Assembly (NCBI GenBank): GCA_964016885.1 | Contig: OZ024741.1 | Coordinates: 2,108,001 to 2,172,000 of the forward strand | Source of the DNA: Eledone cirrhosa | Taxonomy: Eukaryota | DNA: 64,000 bases | Direction: 5' to 3' | In this document: positions 48,604 to 63,066 of the stretch, one piece after another | Layout: each line of letters begins with the position of its first letter | How positions within the stretch are numbered: the stretch's first letter is position 1 | Made by a program: the position numbers and the translations under genes | The notes under the pieces: generated by a model | The model's input: only the letters and a program-made list of their open reading frames with translations | What the model was told of the DNA's origin: nothing | The model's database searches: none

Positions 48604-49543
48604 ATATACGGAGGCAGACAAAAAATGTTCGTGCTTCCATGAAAGAACATAATTTTAATCATCTATTACAAATTCGATATCTACGTGTGATCACACAACA
48701 CATCTGTGTGTGTGTCTCTGTGTGTGTGTGTCTGTGTGTGTGTGTCTCTGTGTGTGTGTCTCTGTGTGTGTGTGTCTGTGTGTGTGTCTCTGTGTGTGTG
48801 TGTCTGTGTGTGTGTGTCTGTGTGTGTGTACTCTGTGTGTGTGTGTCTGTGTGTGTGTACTCTGTGTCTGTATGTCGACGTGGGTGTGTAAGTGTGTCTC
48901 TCTGTGTGTCTGTATGTCTGCGTGTGTGTATATGCGTGTCTACGTAGGTGTGTATGTGTGTTTACGTGTGTGTGTATGTATCTCTCTATGTGTGTGTATC
49001 TCTATGTGTGCATCTGTGTGTGTGTATGTGTCTGTGTGTATCTGTGTGTATGTGTGTGTGTATCTCTATGTGTGTGTATCTGTCTCTGTGTGTGTGTATC
49101 CGTGTGTGTGTGTATCTGTATGTGTGTGTGTGTGTGTGTATCTGTGTGTGTGTATTATTGACTTGCACTAAACTGCTGGCAAGTTGCTTGGCAAGCAGCT
49201 TGCTTCCCTTACCTACCTGAAGAAAGTGGGCGAGGGAGTGTGAGATAGAGAGAGGGAGACTTGGTGTATGAGAGAGAGGGGAAGTGAGAGAGTGTGAGAG
49301 GGAGTGTGAGAGACAGGGAGCGGCTTGAAGGGATAGACTTGGTTTAAATGAGAGGATGTGAGAGAGAAGGGTTGTGAGAGAGAGAGGGTGAGAGAGAAGG
49401 GTTGTGAGAGAGAGGGTGAGAGAGAGAGGAGGTGTACGTTAAAAGTACAGTTGCACAAAGACCGACCTATCAAACAACAATATCTGAGAGGAAAATACCT
49501 CATGGGAATGTTCCTGCATCATTCACACACACACACACATACA

Positions 49544-49595
<52 letters not shown>

Positions 49596-49844
49596 CATAC
49601 ATACACACATACATGCATACACACACACATACAGACACACACACACACACACACATACAGACACACACACACACACACACACATACACACACACACACAC
49701 ACATACAGACACACACACACACACATACAGACACACACACACACACACACATACACACACACACACACACATACAGTGTGGCAGTTTTACCTATGTTAAC
49801 ATAACATGATGTAACCTACAGTAGCAAGCAGAAGTTCAGGTATT

Positions 49845-50235
49845 TAGTGGGGGAGAAGAAAGTGTATTATATCGACAACAATATTTGACTGGTACATAAT
49901 TATATCGACCAAGGACTTTATTATATCGATCAAGGACTTTATTATATCGATCAAGGACTTTATTATATCAATCAAGGATATATGAAAGGCAAACTCAACA
50001 TTGGTGATATCTGAACCCAGAATTAAAGAGCCAAAACAATTGATTTCTGGCAAACGTACAAAGCCCGAAATTTGTGAGCGTGTGTGTGTGGGGGTGTTTG
50101 ACAATTATATCATCACCAGTAGGACACTGGTACTTTAGGGTAACAACATAGAAGATACTTGAACTCAGAACATAGAATCAAATACCGCAAAGCGTGTTGT
50201 CCGACGCTCTAACATTTCTGCCAATCCACGGCACT
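49845..50235 (-). mobile_element. Degenerate SINE copies, one with an internal 21-bp tandem expansion
   Basis: GACTGGTAC..(ATTATATCGATCAAGGACTTT)x4..ATGAAAGGCAAA..TGAACCCAGAA. A second head, TTGAACTCAGAAC..GTCCGACGCTCTAAC, follows. Confidence 0.65.
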
Positions 50236-50474
50236 GATATATCATCTAATAGTGATGATAACGGTGGTGATGATGATGATGATGCTGATAACGGTGGTGA
50301 TGATAGTATCGGTGTTGATGCTGCTGCTGCTGATGTAATGAAATCAATGTTGTAGTAGTTGTCTAATCAGCCAATGTAGGTCAGTAGGTGAGATATGTGG
50401 AGTAAACGAAACAATATGGCCGACCAAAACTTCTGTCTGTGGAACTATGGCTTCCTATACACATATATATACAC

Positions 50475-50645
<171 letters not shown>

Positions 50646-50689
50646 CAATATATATATATATAGAAAGAGATATATATATATATACATAT

Positions 50690-50731
<42 letters not shown>

Positions 50732-51090
50732 CTATGTATATATGTTATTCGCCTCAGACAGACACACGAGGATGCATCCACCACAAGTAAGAAAACGTTT
50801 AAATATGTTTTCCATTGTTGCCAGATTTGTGAGATGGAGAATACATACACATATATACACATACACACACATACATATATACACATACACACACACGCAC
50901 ACATATATGCACATACACATACACACACACATATATACACATACACACACGCATATACACATACACACACACATATATATAAACATACACAGACATATGT
51001 ATGGACAGACAGAGAATCATACATATATATGAAAATACAAATATTGATTTTTCCCATTGGCAAAACACCATAAACGTGTACTATTATCTT

Positions 51091-51195
<105 letters not shown>

Positions 51196-51249
51196 ATCTG
51201 TGTGTGCGGATCAAAGGTAGAACTATATTAACAATTCTGAATACCTTTG

Positions 51250-51312
<63 letters not shown>

Positions 51313-51460
51313 ACACACACACATATATATATATATAAAATATAGAGGTTTAAATATACATAAACTAGACAGAGCCTATATATATATGTTTTTGGCAACC
51401 ATTCACGGTGTGGCTCAATGGCGAATTAATTAATTAAATAATCAACAATCAGAGCAATAT

Positions 51461-51602
51461 ATAAGAAAGTAAGTCCATAGAATCATTTGATAAAATATAT
51501 ACAGTATTTCTTCTCGTTTAATTGAATTTTTATGTGGTTGATTATGCTGATTGGGAGAAGAAATACTGTATATATTTTATCAAATGATTCTATGGACTTA
51601 CT

Positions 51603-51655
<53 letters not shown>

Positions 51656-52013
51656 AAAAAGTATGACCCCGACGGCAGAGCTCAAGCCGTTTCGTCGGCT
51701 ATTTCTGGACTAAATTAGAATTTTTAGCCTGGTGAATATGATTCATATAGCCGTCGAAACGGCTCGAGCTCTGCCGTCGGGGTCATACTTTTTCCTATTT
51801 CCCACTCTACTAAACTAAGTATTGAGTACTCTGGTGCGTTATGGTCCATTTGGTTCCTTACCACAATTCCTTTGTTATATATATATATAATTAAAATAAC
51901 AGATTAAAGTGTAAGCAAATAATCGCTGCTTTCACCCTTAACGGGATCTTCAGAAGATCCCGTTACGGGTGAAAGCAGCGATTCTTTGCTTAAACTTGAA
52001 TCTGTTATTTTAA
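51461..52013. repeat. Three consecutive foldback PLE-tail hairpins separated by (TA)n
   Basis: Inverted repeats at 51461-51610, 51653-51798 (family A, tail to 51877) and 51890-52013 (turns at CTGAAGA-TCCC..GGGT-GAAA). Confidence 0.85.
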
Positions 52014-52103
52014 TAAATATTTGCTGTACGGTTCTTATATATTTGATATATATTTATCCTTATCGAGCCCTCTTTGGAATTTAGTCTTCAAATTTATTAT
52101 TAT

Positions 52104-52149
<46 letters not shown>

Positions 52150-52188
52150 ATACTTTGGGAGGGTCATGTTGCAACAAATTCAGAAACG

Positions 52189-52234
<46 letters not shown>

Positions 52235-52649
52235 GGAAGTTGCGTTTCGCTAATTTCTACACGCCGAAATGCGATTCTCGCTAAGTTTATATTTATATAT
52301 ATATATATTAGTTTTGCCTTTCATCCTTACAGGACCGATAAAATGCACTGGAGTTGATTTAACCGACTTTCCCCTCCCCCTAAATTGTTGGCCTTGTGCC
52401 TTATGTAGAAACCATTGTTATTATTCCTGTTTTTTGGCGGTGGTTGAGTGACTGAGTCCTTATGGTGTCAGTCATTTGCTCAGCTCTAATTGTTCTCTTT
52501 AAGTTCTCATATAAAATCTTGCTGACCTCAACTTTCCCTGCCATTCCTCTGAGGGATAAAAATTAAGTATCTGCCTGGAGCTGGGTCAATATAATCCCCT
52601 ACTCCCCAAATTGCTGGGTTTCACCCGAAATTGGAAACCATCAGTAGGT

Positions 52650-53031
52650 CGGTGGAGCGGCAAAATTGGTAGAGCATCGGACAAAATGCATTGCGGTATT
52701 TAGTTACGTCCCTTTATGGTCTGAGTTCAAATCCCACCGAGGTTAGCTTTGCGTTTAATACTTACTGAGGTTAATAAAATAAAATCGCAGTAATGCATTG
52801 GGGTTGATTTAATCGACACCCCGCCCCCCCCCTTAATCAGAAGCCATTGGCAGTATTGGTAGAGGGTCGGACGCCATGCTTTGACGCATAGAGTTACGGC
52901 CCTTGCCATTCTGAGTTCAAATCCCGCCGAGGTTAACTTTGCCTTTCATCCTTACGGGGTCGATAAAATAAAGTACCAGTAATACACTGGGTATTTGCTG
53001 GCCTTGTGACTAACGTAGAAACAATTATTAT
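52650..53031 (+). mobile_element. Two tandem tRNA-derived SINE copies
   Basis: B-boxes GAGTTCAAATCCC at about 52723 and 52913. The second copy is near full length. Confidence 0.82.
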
Positions 53032-53214
53032 TAAATCAATTAAATCCATGTAGCAGAGAATAAATAACATTGGCACTAATATATTTAATATATTAGACAT
53101 TATCGAATATTGATTATTGATCCGTTACATATGATTGAACAGTTCACAAATAGAACTAAACTACTTCAACCGGATAGTTGCTGTACTGGCTGGCTCTTTA
53201 CTTTACTATCTCTC

Positions 53215-53245
<31 letters not shown>

Positions 53246-53398
53246 CCCTCTCTCTCTCTCTCTCCCCTCTCTCTCTCTCTCTCTCTCTCTCTCCCCTCTC
53301 TCTCTACATTGTCTATCAGTGAATTCATCCTTCTACTTGTCAGTCTTCCTTACTCCTCCCCCTTCCTTCCTCTTATTTTTTCTTTCTCTTATAAATCT

Positions 53399-53488
<90 letters not shown>

Positions 53489-53614
53489 CCATCCAGCTAT
53501 CTATCCATCCTTACGTCTATATCTATCGATCCATCGATCCATCTAGCTATCTATTTATATGCCAATCTGTTTTCCTATATAATCATCTGTCTGTTGCTTT
53601 GTCTCCCTGACAGA

Positions 53615-53707
<93 letters not shown>

Positions 53708-53822
53708 CACCTATTATGTCTACTATCAACTATATTATTATATTATCAACAAATTATCTTTCAATTATTTATCAACCTCTGTCTAACACATTCCTTCACT
53801 GCCACTTCTCCTCCCCCTCCTC

Positions 53823-53861
<39 letters not shown>

Positions 53862-53871
53862 GTTGTTGTTA

Positions 53872-54086
53872 TTCCTTGAATCTCAGTCATTGATGTTGGT
53901 TAACTGGAAAGTCCGTTGGATTGAATATCAAGCCACTACCTGCAGCCTCAGATATTCAGGACGTATCGGAGGGTTCTTGCTGTTCCAAGCAAGCATGCCT
54001 TTTGAAGCGTTCCAAAAAGCGTGAAGGGGCCGATTTTCTTTAACCATCCCTGGAAACTTTTGGAGATAGTCCCCAGTGCGCCTTTA
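53872..54086 (-). mobile_element. R4/Dong-clade LINE, extreme 3' fragment
   Basis: Translates to GALGTISKSFQGWLKKIG....LQKACLLGTARTLRYVLNI*. The 3' end runs into (AAC)(AAT)n and the 5' flank is (GAA)n. Confidence 0.8.
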
Positions 54087-54834
54087 TTCTTCTTCTTCTT
54101 CTTCTTCTTCTTCTTCTTCTTCTTCTTCTTCTTCTTCTTCTTCTTCTCCTCCTCCTCCTCCTCCGCCTCCTCCTCCTCCACCGCCCATTTAGGAGGTAGT
54201 GGTGTTGTTGCTGATGATGGTGAGCTTTTTCTACGTTCGTTCATTTAGATTTAGAATACATTCCAAGAAAGAGAGGGGGTGAAGAGAGTGAGAGAGAGGG
54301 ATGTAGAGAGTATGAGAGAGAGGGATGGGTGTAGAGACAGAGAGGGAGAGAGGGGGGATGTAGAGAGAGAGGGAGAGGTGTAGAGAGAGAGAGGGATGGG
54401 TGGAAGAGATTATGAGAGAGAGGGAGGGATTTAGAGATAGAGGGGGGAATGTAGAGAGAGAGGGAGGGATGTAGAGAGAGAGGGAGAATGATGTAGAGAG
54501 AGGGGGGAAAAGAAAGGAGAGAGAGAGGAAGAGAGAGAGGGAGGGGGATAGAGAGGGGAAGATATGTAGAGAGGGGAAGATATGTAGAGAGTGGGAGGAG
54601 GTGTAGAGAGCGAGAGGGAGAGGTGTCGAGAAAGAGTGAAGGAGTAGAAGAGAGTATGACAGAGAGGGAGGGATAGAGATAGAGAGAGGGGGGTAGAGAG
54701 GGGGATGGGAGGGGTGTAGAGAGAGAGAGGGAAGGAGGGATAGAGAGGGGGTGAGAGATTTAATCAATGTGTATTTTACGAAAGTTTCAACATAGCTTTC
54801 AGAAGTCACCTGTCTGTTTGTTTGTGTGTGTGTG

Positions 54835-54894
<60 letters not shown>

Positions 54895-55680
54895 TGTGTG
54901 TGTGTGTATATGTGTGTTTGTGTGTGTGTGACGGTCTGTGTATGTGTATGTGTGTCTCTGTGTGTGTGTCTGTGTGTGTGTCTGTGTGTGTGTGTGTCTA
55001 TGTATATATGTGTGTCTATGTGTCTATGTATATATGTGTGTCTATGTGTCTATGTATATATATATATATATATATGTGTGTGTCTATGTGTGTGTGTGTC
55101 TATGTATATATATATATATATATGTGTGTCTGTGTGTATATATGTGTGTGTGTCTGCGTGTTTATTCAATTGCTTTCTTTACAAACTAATTCAGGTGTTC
55201 CAAATATTTTACATGTTTCTTCAAGGACAATTACCGTATGTGTATGTATGTGTGTATGTGTGTATATGTATGTGTGTGTATGTGTTTGTGTATGTGTGTA
55301 TGTGTGCGTGTTTGTGTATGTGTGTTGGTGTATGTGTGTACATGTATGTGTGTTTAAGTGTATAGAAATGCTGAGGTAAATATAGTCCCTACTTTGTTTT
55401 ATTGACTCCGAAGAGATTAAAGGCCAATCTGATATGTGCGCTATTTTACTATTGATCTGCTAAGTGTGACAGTATAGGTGGACCATCGACAAAATATTGC
55501 AATATTTGTTCTGGCTTCTTCCGGGATCGATAAAGTTAAGTATCAGCCATGTACCGGTTAATTTAATCAACTCTGCCCCTCCACCCCAATTTTGCTGGCC
55601 TTGTGTCTAAAATAGAAATCAATAATTATCTGCTCTTTAAGTGAAGTATATGGAGTATATATATATTTAAAAGTGTCAGG

Positions 55681-55780
55681 AAGGCGTGTGGCTTAGAGAG
55701 CTGGATTGGCAATCGTGAGGTTGCGAGTTCAATTCTCGGACCGGGTATCCTTGAACAAGACACTTTATTTCACGTTTTCC
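55681..55780 (+). mobile_element. 5' part of a second tRNA-SINE family with a CORE-like start
   Basis: GGCGTGTGGCTTAG..GGTTGCGAGTTCAATTCTCGG..TCCTTGAACAAGACACTTTATTTCAC. Confidence 0.55.
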
Positions 55781-57169
55781 TTCTGCCAGGAGTTGCTACC
55801 GGTAGATAGTATGGAGGTCGACAAGGGATGAGGTCTGGGATCTTGTAGATCTGAGCGCTCTCTTCTGTTTGACCAACAAACCCGTAGCCACATGTAGCCA
55901 CACGTAGCCACAATCCCTCCCGTAGCAACATGTAGCCACATGCTCTACAGCAGATGTTTTTATTTCTACCAATGTCCGGCAAAAACACGGTATTCTGTCT
56001 TAGTTTGATGTTTTCCACGTGAATTAGTTCCAAAGAATTAAAGTATTACATTGTTGGTCTCGAGGCTTAACAGAAGTGAATTAGTGCAATCAATTTGATT
56101 AAAGCTGCAGATAATCTCTCTATCCACCCATCCCACGATCAAGATAATAACATCGAATCAACAAACGTATCAGCCGCCTAAATTATATATAACACATTAG
56201 TGACACGAACTATAGTGAGAGATGCAGTCATTCCTTTTTTTTTTTCTTTTTCGAAAGACCGTATTTGACGTGAGATAGATTTGGCTGCTATTTCTAGCAC
56301 GTGAAGGTTTTGAAAGATCATGTGGAGCGTGAGACAGATTTAGCTGCTATTTCTTGCAAAGTCAGGGCCGCACAGAAGCTTTCATCGTTGGCTCTCAAAT
56401 AAGTCCCTCGATTCGTCATGATTGTATTAGATTAAATGAAATATTGATTGATTATTTGATTGACTTATCGATTAAGTTTATACAACTAAAAAGAAATAAA
56501 CAAAAACTTGATAAACCACAGAGAAACAAAAGAGGGAAAGATAAAGAAAGAAAGAAAGGAAGAAAGAAAAAAAAGAAAGAAAGAAAGAAGGAAAGAAAAA
56601 TAGATGGAAAGAGAAACAATAAGAAACAAAAAATCAATTCAAAAGCCGCCAAATCTAAAAATAACGGCAACAACAGCAAAAGGAAAGTATAGCGATTAAC
56701 TAGTCGCAATTTGTTTTTAAAAAGCTATGTCAATGAATGAACAACTTTCATATAATTATGCCATTTTAGTAATTGGGTTAAGATAATTTACAATAATTGT
56801 TTTCTGTGCTTTTAAGAGATCATCAGTGAGTGGATCAGATGTAGATGTAACAAAACTACTAAAATGTAAGCTAGAAATAGAAGAGAAACTGGAGGAAAAG
56901 AAAACAATGATTTAACTTTTAACTTATACTTCAATATTTCGGCTTTAAAATATTTACCAAGTGAACAAAAATTGAGAAAGAGCTTAGCGCTGATCTACCC
57001 CTAAATGTTGAGATCGGAGGTTGTGACATGTACCAATTGGTGAAGTTATATTGGTCAATTAACATCACACAACTCTTGTCTGTTGTTGATTGACTTGAAA
57101 GCTTAGACTTAATGCTCCTCTATCCTATGACACATGAAGTAATCAGAGCAATCCAATGTATTGTGTGTT

Positions 57170-57730
57170 GAGCCAGAGTTCTTGTGTCATCTCTTATTGA
57201 GCGACAACCTCCATTGTCTCCTTCCAGCTCATCATCAGCCGACCCCTTTCTTCGTCCGTCTAGTTCCAAAATCAATAACTCCACTGGAGTGTTTTATCTC
57301 AGGGAGATTCATGATATATCCAAAACATTGAAGCTGCTGTGGCAGGAGTCTGGCTTCTTCCTTTTACACAAAATATCTCCCTCCATTTCATACCCAGGAT
57401 TTTATATAAACATTTGGTGTGGAATGAATCAAGTTTCATCTTCTAAGAGACAAGAAGTGGTCAGGTTCCAGAACAGTAAAGCGGTTAAGAAGTAGGGTTA
57501 TAGAATCTGCTATGTATCATATTGAACGCTGACATTGTCATTCCAAACCAGCACTTCAATTATTACTGCTGGAACCTGTCCAGATATATTGATGATTGAA
57601 GGATTTCATTTACTAATAAAGACTGTTTTCTTAATCCCATGATAATGACAGATGTGTTATTTATTTGTATCTCCCATATCCCAGACGTGTAATTTGTGAA
57701 AAGTCCCCCAACAGAAACTCCACTACACTC
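57170..57730 (-). pseudogene. Highly decayed RTE-type LINE 3' fragment
   Basis: Broken frames give MKLDSFHTKCLYKILGMKWR...LQCFGYIM...WKETM, the usual RTE C-terminal pattern. Confidence 0.55.
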
Positions 57731-59024
57731 ATTACATGTCATGACATATTGACGAGGGAAAATCCCAGAGTGCACCAGCTGTGCATTTAGTCCCTCCCAA
57801 GGAAGCAACTGTGGTCCTATCATTAAAGAAGTGCAGCTTTAAAAAGCACATGATATTGGAGGTGTGAACCTTCTTAGAAAGTTTATTGGGTGGCATCGTG
57901 ACTTTTACACCCCCACCCCCACAGATATATGTATATGTATATATAATGTATAATATGTATATGTATATATAATTATATACACAGATAAAGGCACGCATAC
58001 ACAGAGCAAAAACATAAACTGGCCTTCAACTTTTTACCCAAACCTATACAGTAATTACTCTTAAAATAAAAAAAAAAGATTATATTACTATTTCACCCAT
58101 CCCGGAAACAGGGGTAGTATTGATTTCTAATCTAGTCACAAGGCCTGTAATTTGTAGGGAGGGGAAAATCGATTATATTTACCCCAGTATTTCACAGCTA
58201 CTTTATTTTCTGGAAGGATTAAAAGCAAAGTTGACCTCGGCGGGAGACGGATGTAATAAAACCATTTAACGAAAAAGATATGAATGACTTGAGGCTATCC
58301 AACAAAATATTATATCTAAAGAATTGAATTCTTGCCAAGTCAAAAACAATCAGCATTTTCATTAACTAATCAACCAAACAATCAATGATTCATTTTTCAG
58401 CGAGTTTAATCATCTGCTTGTGGCATGAGGCCATATATTTATTGTAGAGGGAGAATAGTTTATCAAAGCGACCCCACGATATAGTTGGTGATAATTATAT
58501 TGACTCAGTGCTGCAACATTTCAACTTTAATAAACACCGAAGCTTAGTAATTATTGCAAAACAATTTAAGGCGTGGTGGATATTATACATCTGTCGAACA
58601 GATATTATACATCTGTCGAACAGATGTTATACATCTGTCGAACATACTATAATGAAAGCTGTGATCTTTCACCTTACCAATTCCTATCATTTTTGTCCAT
58701 GTGTAGTTAATATCAGAGTGAATATGAAATGTTCAACACAGGATCAACAACAAACAACAAACCCTCACATTGAATACATCAAATAATAAATAAATAAAAC
58801 AGTTTACTTTCAGAACCGAAACTGTTAACTGGGGAAAGTTAAGTTTTGGGGCTTAAGACATTTATTATATTGAAAATGTCCTTTGACCCCTGTAATGATT
58901 CTCACCCTTGGTGATGAACTGATGGTTTCTTTTGTTTTTGTTTCCCTTTTCTTTTATTTCTCTCGCTCTCATCATTTATTTTAATATTATAGTTGTGAGG
59001 TTCCTAACAAATTGTATTTGTATT

Positions 59025-60394
59025 TATTGGTTGTGTTTATATTTGTGTTTATTAGTTGTGTTTATTAGTTGTGTTTATTAGTTGTGTTTATTAGTTATGT
59101 TTATATTTGTGTTTATATTTGTATTGATTAGTTGTGTTTATTAGTTGTGTTTATTAGTTGTGTTTATCAGTTGTGTTTATCAGTTGTGTTTATTAGTTGT
59201 ATTTATTAGTTGTATTTATTAGTTGTATTTATTAGTTGTATTTATTAGTTGTGTTTATTAGTTGCATTTATTAGTTGCATTTATTAGTTGTATTTATTAG
59301 TTGTATTTATTAGTTGTATTTATTAGTTGTACTAGCAGAAACACCATCCTCGGGTGGTTTTCTGCTAGCATGTGTAGTATGCATATTGATATTATACGCA
59401 AGTATATATGTATGTAGATATGATACATCAAATAAAATCGTAATTGACAATATATAATACTTAGATGTTGAACGAAGACTGCGTTACACTGTCTTATGTA
59501 ATCAGTAACGTAATCCATGATACATTAAACAAAGACGACATTATATATAAACTGCATTAGGAGAAAATTAGTGACGGAAATATATGAATGTTTATTTAAG
59601 CGATCGCTAACCGGAAGTGTTGACATTTGAAAATTTTAAAGAAGTGCATCTTTGAATAAGCAATAAAATATATTTAATCAAAAGCTACGAAATTTACTAG
59701 ATAAATTATGTAATATGTATTCATTATTTATTCAAGGTAATCCAACTTATTTTACAAACGGGATAAAACAATTATATTCTGGATGCAGTCCCGCACTCCT
59801 TACTTTATAGTTTATATATATTAGTTGTATCTATTAGTTGTGTTTATTAATTGTATTTATTAGTTGTGTTTATATTTGTGCTTATATTTGTATTTATTAG
59901 TTGTATTTATTAGTTGTGTTTATTAGTTGTGTTTATTAGTTGTATTTATTAGTTGTATTTATTAGTTGTATTTATTAGTTGTGTTTATTAGTTGTGTTTA
60001 TTAGTTGTGTTTATTAGTTGTGTTTATCAGTTGTATTTATTAGTTGTATTTATTAGTTGTGTTTATTAGTTGTGTTTATTAGTTGTGTTTATTAGTTGTA
60101 TTTATTAGTTGTGTTTATTAGTTGTATTTATTAGTTGTGTTTATTAGTTGTATTTATTAGTTGTGTTTATTAGTTGTATTTATTAGTTGTGTTTATTAGT
60201 TGTATTTATTAGTTGTGTTTATTAGTTGTGTTTATTAGTTGTATTTATTAGTTGTATTTATTAGTTGTATTTATTAGTTGTGTTTATTAGTTGTGTTCAT
60301 TAGTTGTGTTTATTAGTTGTATTTATTAGTTGTATTTATTAGTTGTATTTATTAGTTATGTTTATTAGTTGTGTTTATTAGTTGTGTTTATATT
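59025..60394 (+). repeat. 13-bp minisatellite (TTATTAGTTGTRT)n split by a ~490-bp insertion
   Basis: Arrays at 59025-59330 and 59821-60394. Confidence 0.93.
59331..59820 (-). mobile_element. Probable non-autonomous Helitron inserted into the 13-bp array
   Basis: The left end is ACTAG with the hairpin CTAGCAGAAACACC..GGTGGTTTTCTGCTAG. The right end is TTTATATATA, like the other Helitron ends here. Confidence 0.55.
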
Positions 60395-60421
60395 TCCATT
60401 CTGAAAGAATTGTCAACGATT

Positions 60422-61792
60422 TGTAATGTTATTTATACAACTGTAATGTTATTTATACAACTGTAATGTTATTTATAAAACTGTAATGTTATTTATAAAA
60501 CTGTAATGTTATTTATACAACTGTAATGTTATTTATATAACTAATGTTATTTATACAACTGTAATGTTATTTATAAAACTGTAATTTTATTTATACAACT
60601 GTAATGTTCTTTATATAACTGTAATGTTATTTATATAACTGTAATGTTATTTATAAAACTGTAATGTTATTTATAAAACTGTAATGTTATTTATAAAACT
60701 ATAATGTTATTTATAAAACTCTAATGTTATTTATACAACTGTAATGTTATTTATATAACTGTAATGTTATTTATAAAACTGTAATGTTATTTATACAACT
60801 GTAATGTTATTTATAAAACTAATGTTATTTATAAAACTGTAATGTTATTTATAAAACTGTAATATTATTTATACAACTGTAATGTTATTTATATAACTGT
60901 AATGTTATTTATACAACTGTAATGTTATTTATATAACTGTAATGTTATTTATATAACTGTAATGTTATTTATAAAACTGTAATGTTATTTATACAACTGT
61001 AATGTTATTTATATAACTAATGTTATTTATACAACTGTAATGTTATTTATACAACTGTAATTTTATTTATATAACTGTAATGTTATTTATAAAACTGTAA
61101 TGTTATTTATACAACTGTAATGTTATTTATACAACTGTAATGTTATTTATATAACTAATGTTATTTATACAACTGTAATGTTATTTATATAACTAATGTT
61201 ATTTATACAACTGTAATGTTATTTATATAACTGTAATGTTATTTATACAACTGTAATGTTATTTATATAACTGTAATGTTATTTATAAAACTAAAATGTT
61301 ATTTATAAAACTATAATGTTATTTATAAAACTATAATGTTATTTATACAACTGTAATGTTATTTATAAAACTATAATGTTATTTATAAAACTGTAATGTT
61401 ATTTATAAAACTATAATGTTATTTATAAAACTGTAATGTTATTTATAAAACTGTAATGTTATTTATAAAACTATAATGTTATTTATATAACTGTAATGTT
61501 ATTTATAAAACTATAATGTTATTTATAAAACTGTAATGTTATTTATAAAACTATAATGTTATTTATAAAACTATAATGTTATTTATAAAACTGTAATGTT
61601 ATTTATAAAACTATAATGTTATTTATAAAACTATGATGTTATTTATAAAACTGTAATGTTATTTATAAAACTATAATGTTATTTATAAAACTATAATGTT
61701 ATTTATATAACTAATGTTATTTATACAACTGTAATGTTATTTATATAACTGTAATGTTATTTATAAAACTATAATGTTATTTATAAAACTGT
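60422..61792 (+). repeat. 20-bp AT-rich minisatellite (ACTRTAATGTTATTTATAHA)n, about 69 units
   Basis: Direct reading of the sequence, with occasional 18-bp variants. Confidence 0.96.
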
Positions 61793-61889
61793 GAATAACA
61801 TAAAAACCTCACTTGTGACTGTTAAAATTATTATATCATATTTTTATTCAATAATAAAAAAAAAATTATTATTATCTAGTGAGGGAAGA

Positions 61890-63066
61890 TGACAACATCC
61901 ACGACACTTTAGAGGTCCTCCTCTGGGGTTTGTGGGAGGTGACAACATCCACGACACTTTAGAGGTCCTCCTCTGGGGTTTGTGGGAGGTGACAACATCC
62001 ACGACACTTTAGAGGTCCTCCTCTGGGGTTTGTGGGAGGTGATAACATCCACGACACTTTAGAGGTCCTCCTCTGGGGTTTGTGGGAGGTGACAACATCC
62101 ACGACACTTTAGAGGTCCTCCTCTGGGGTTTGTGGGAGGTGACAACATCCACGACACTTTAGAGGTCCTCCTCTCGTTTGTGGGAGGTGACAACATCCAC
62201 GACACTTTAGATGTCCTCCTCTCGTTTGTGGGAGGTGACAACATCCACGACACTTTAGAGGTCCTCCTCTGGGGTTTGTGGGAGGTGACAACATCCACGA
62301 CACTTTAGATGTCCTCCTCTCGTTTGTGGGAGGTGACAACATCCACGACACTTTAGAGGTCCTCCTCTGGGGTTTGTGGGAGGTGACAACATCCACGACA
62401 CTTTAGATGTCCTCCTCTCGTTTGTGGGAGGTGACAACATCCACGATACTTTAGAGGTCCTCCTCTGGGGTTTGTGGGAGGTGACAACATCCACGTCACT
62501 TTAGAGGTCCTCCTCTGGGTTTGTAGGAGGTGACAACATCCACGACACTTTAGAGGTCCTCCTCTGGGGTTTGTGGGAGGTGACAACATCCACGACACTT
62601 TAGATGTCCTCCTCTCGTTTGTGGGAGGTGACAACATCCACGACACTTTAGAGGTCCTCCTCTGGGGTTTGTAGGAGGTGACAACATCCACGACACTTTA
62701 GAGGTCCTCCTCTGGGGTTTGTGGGAGGTGATAACATCCACGACACTTTAGAGGTCCTCCTCTGGGTTTGTAGGAGGTGACAACATCCACGACACTTTAG
62801 AGGTCCTCCTCTGGGGTTTGTGGGAGGTGATAACATCCACGACACTTTAGAGGTCCTCCTCTGGGTTTGTAGGAGGTGACAACATCCACGACACTTTAGA
62901 GGTCCTCCTCTCGTTTGTGGGAGGTGACAACATCCACGACACTTTAGAGGTCCTCCTCTCGTTTGTGGGAGGTGACAACATCCACGACACTTTAGAGGTC
63001 CTCCTCTCGTTTGTGGGAGGTGACAACATCCACGACACTTTAGAGGTCCTCCTCTGTGGTTTGTGG
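61890..63066 (+). repeat. 48-50-bp minisatellite (GGTGACAACATCCACGACACTTTAGAGGTCCTCCTCTGGGGTTTGTGGGA), about 24 units
   Basis: Direct repeats in 50-, 49- and 48-bp variants with no spacers. Confidence 0.96.

Noticed and set aside
61890-63066. CRISPR-like 50-bp repeats and repeat ORFs
   Set aside because: These are contiguous repeats without spacers, and unit lengths of 48, 49 and 50 do not preserve a reading frame.
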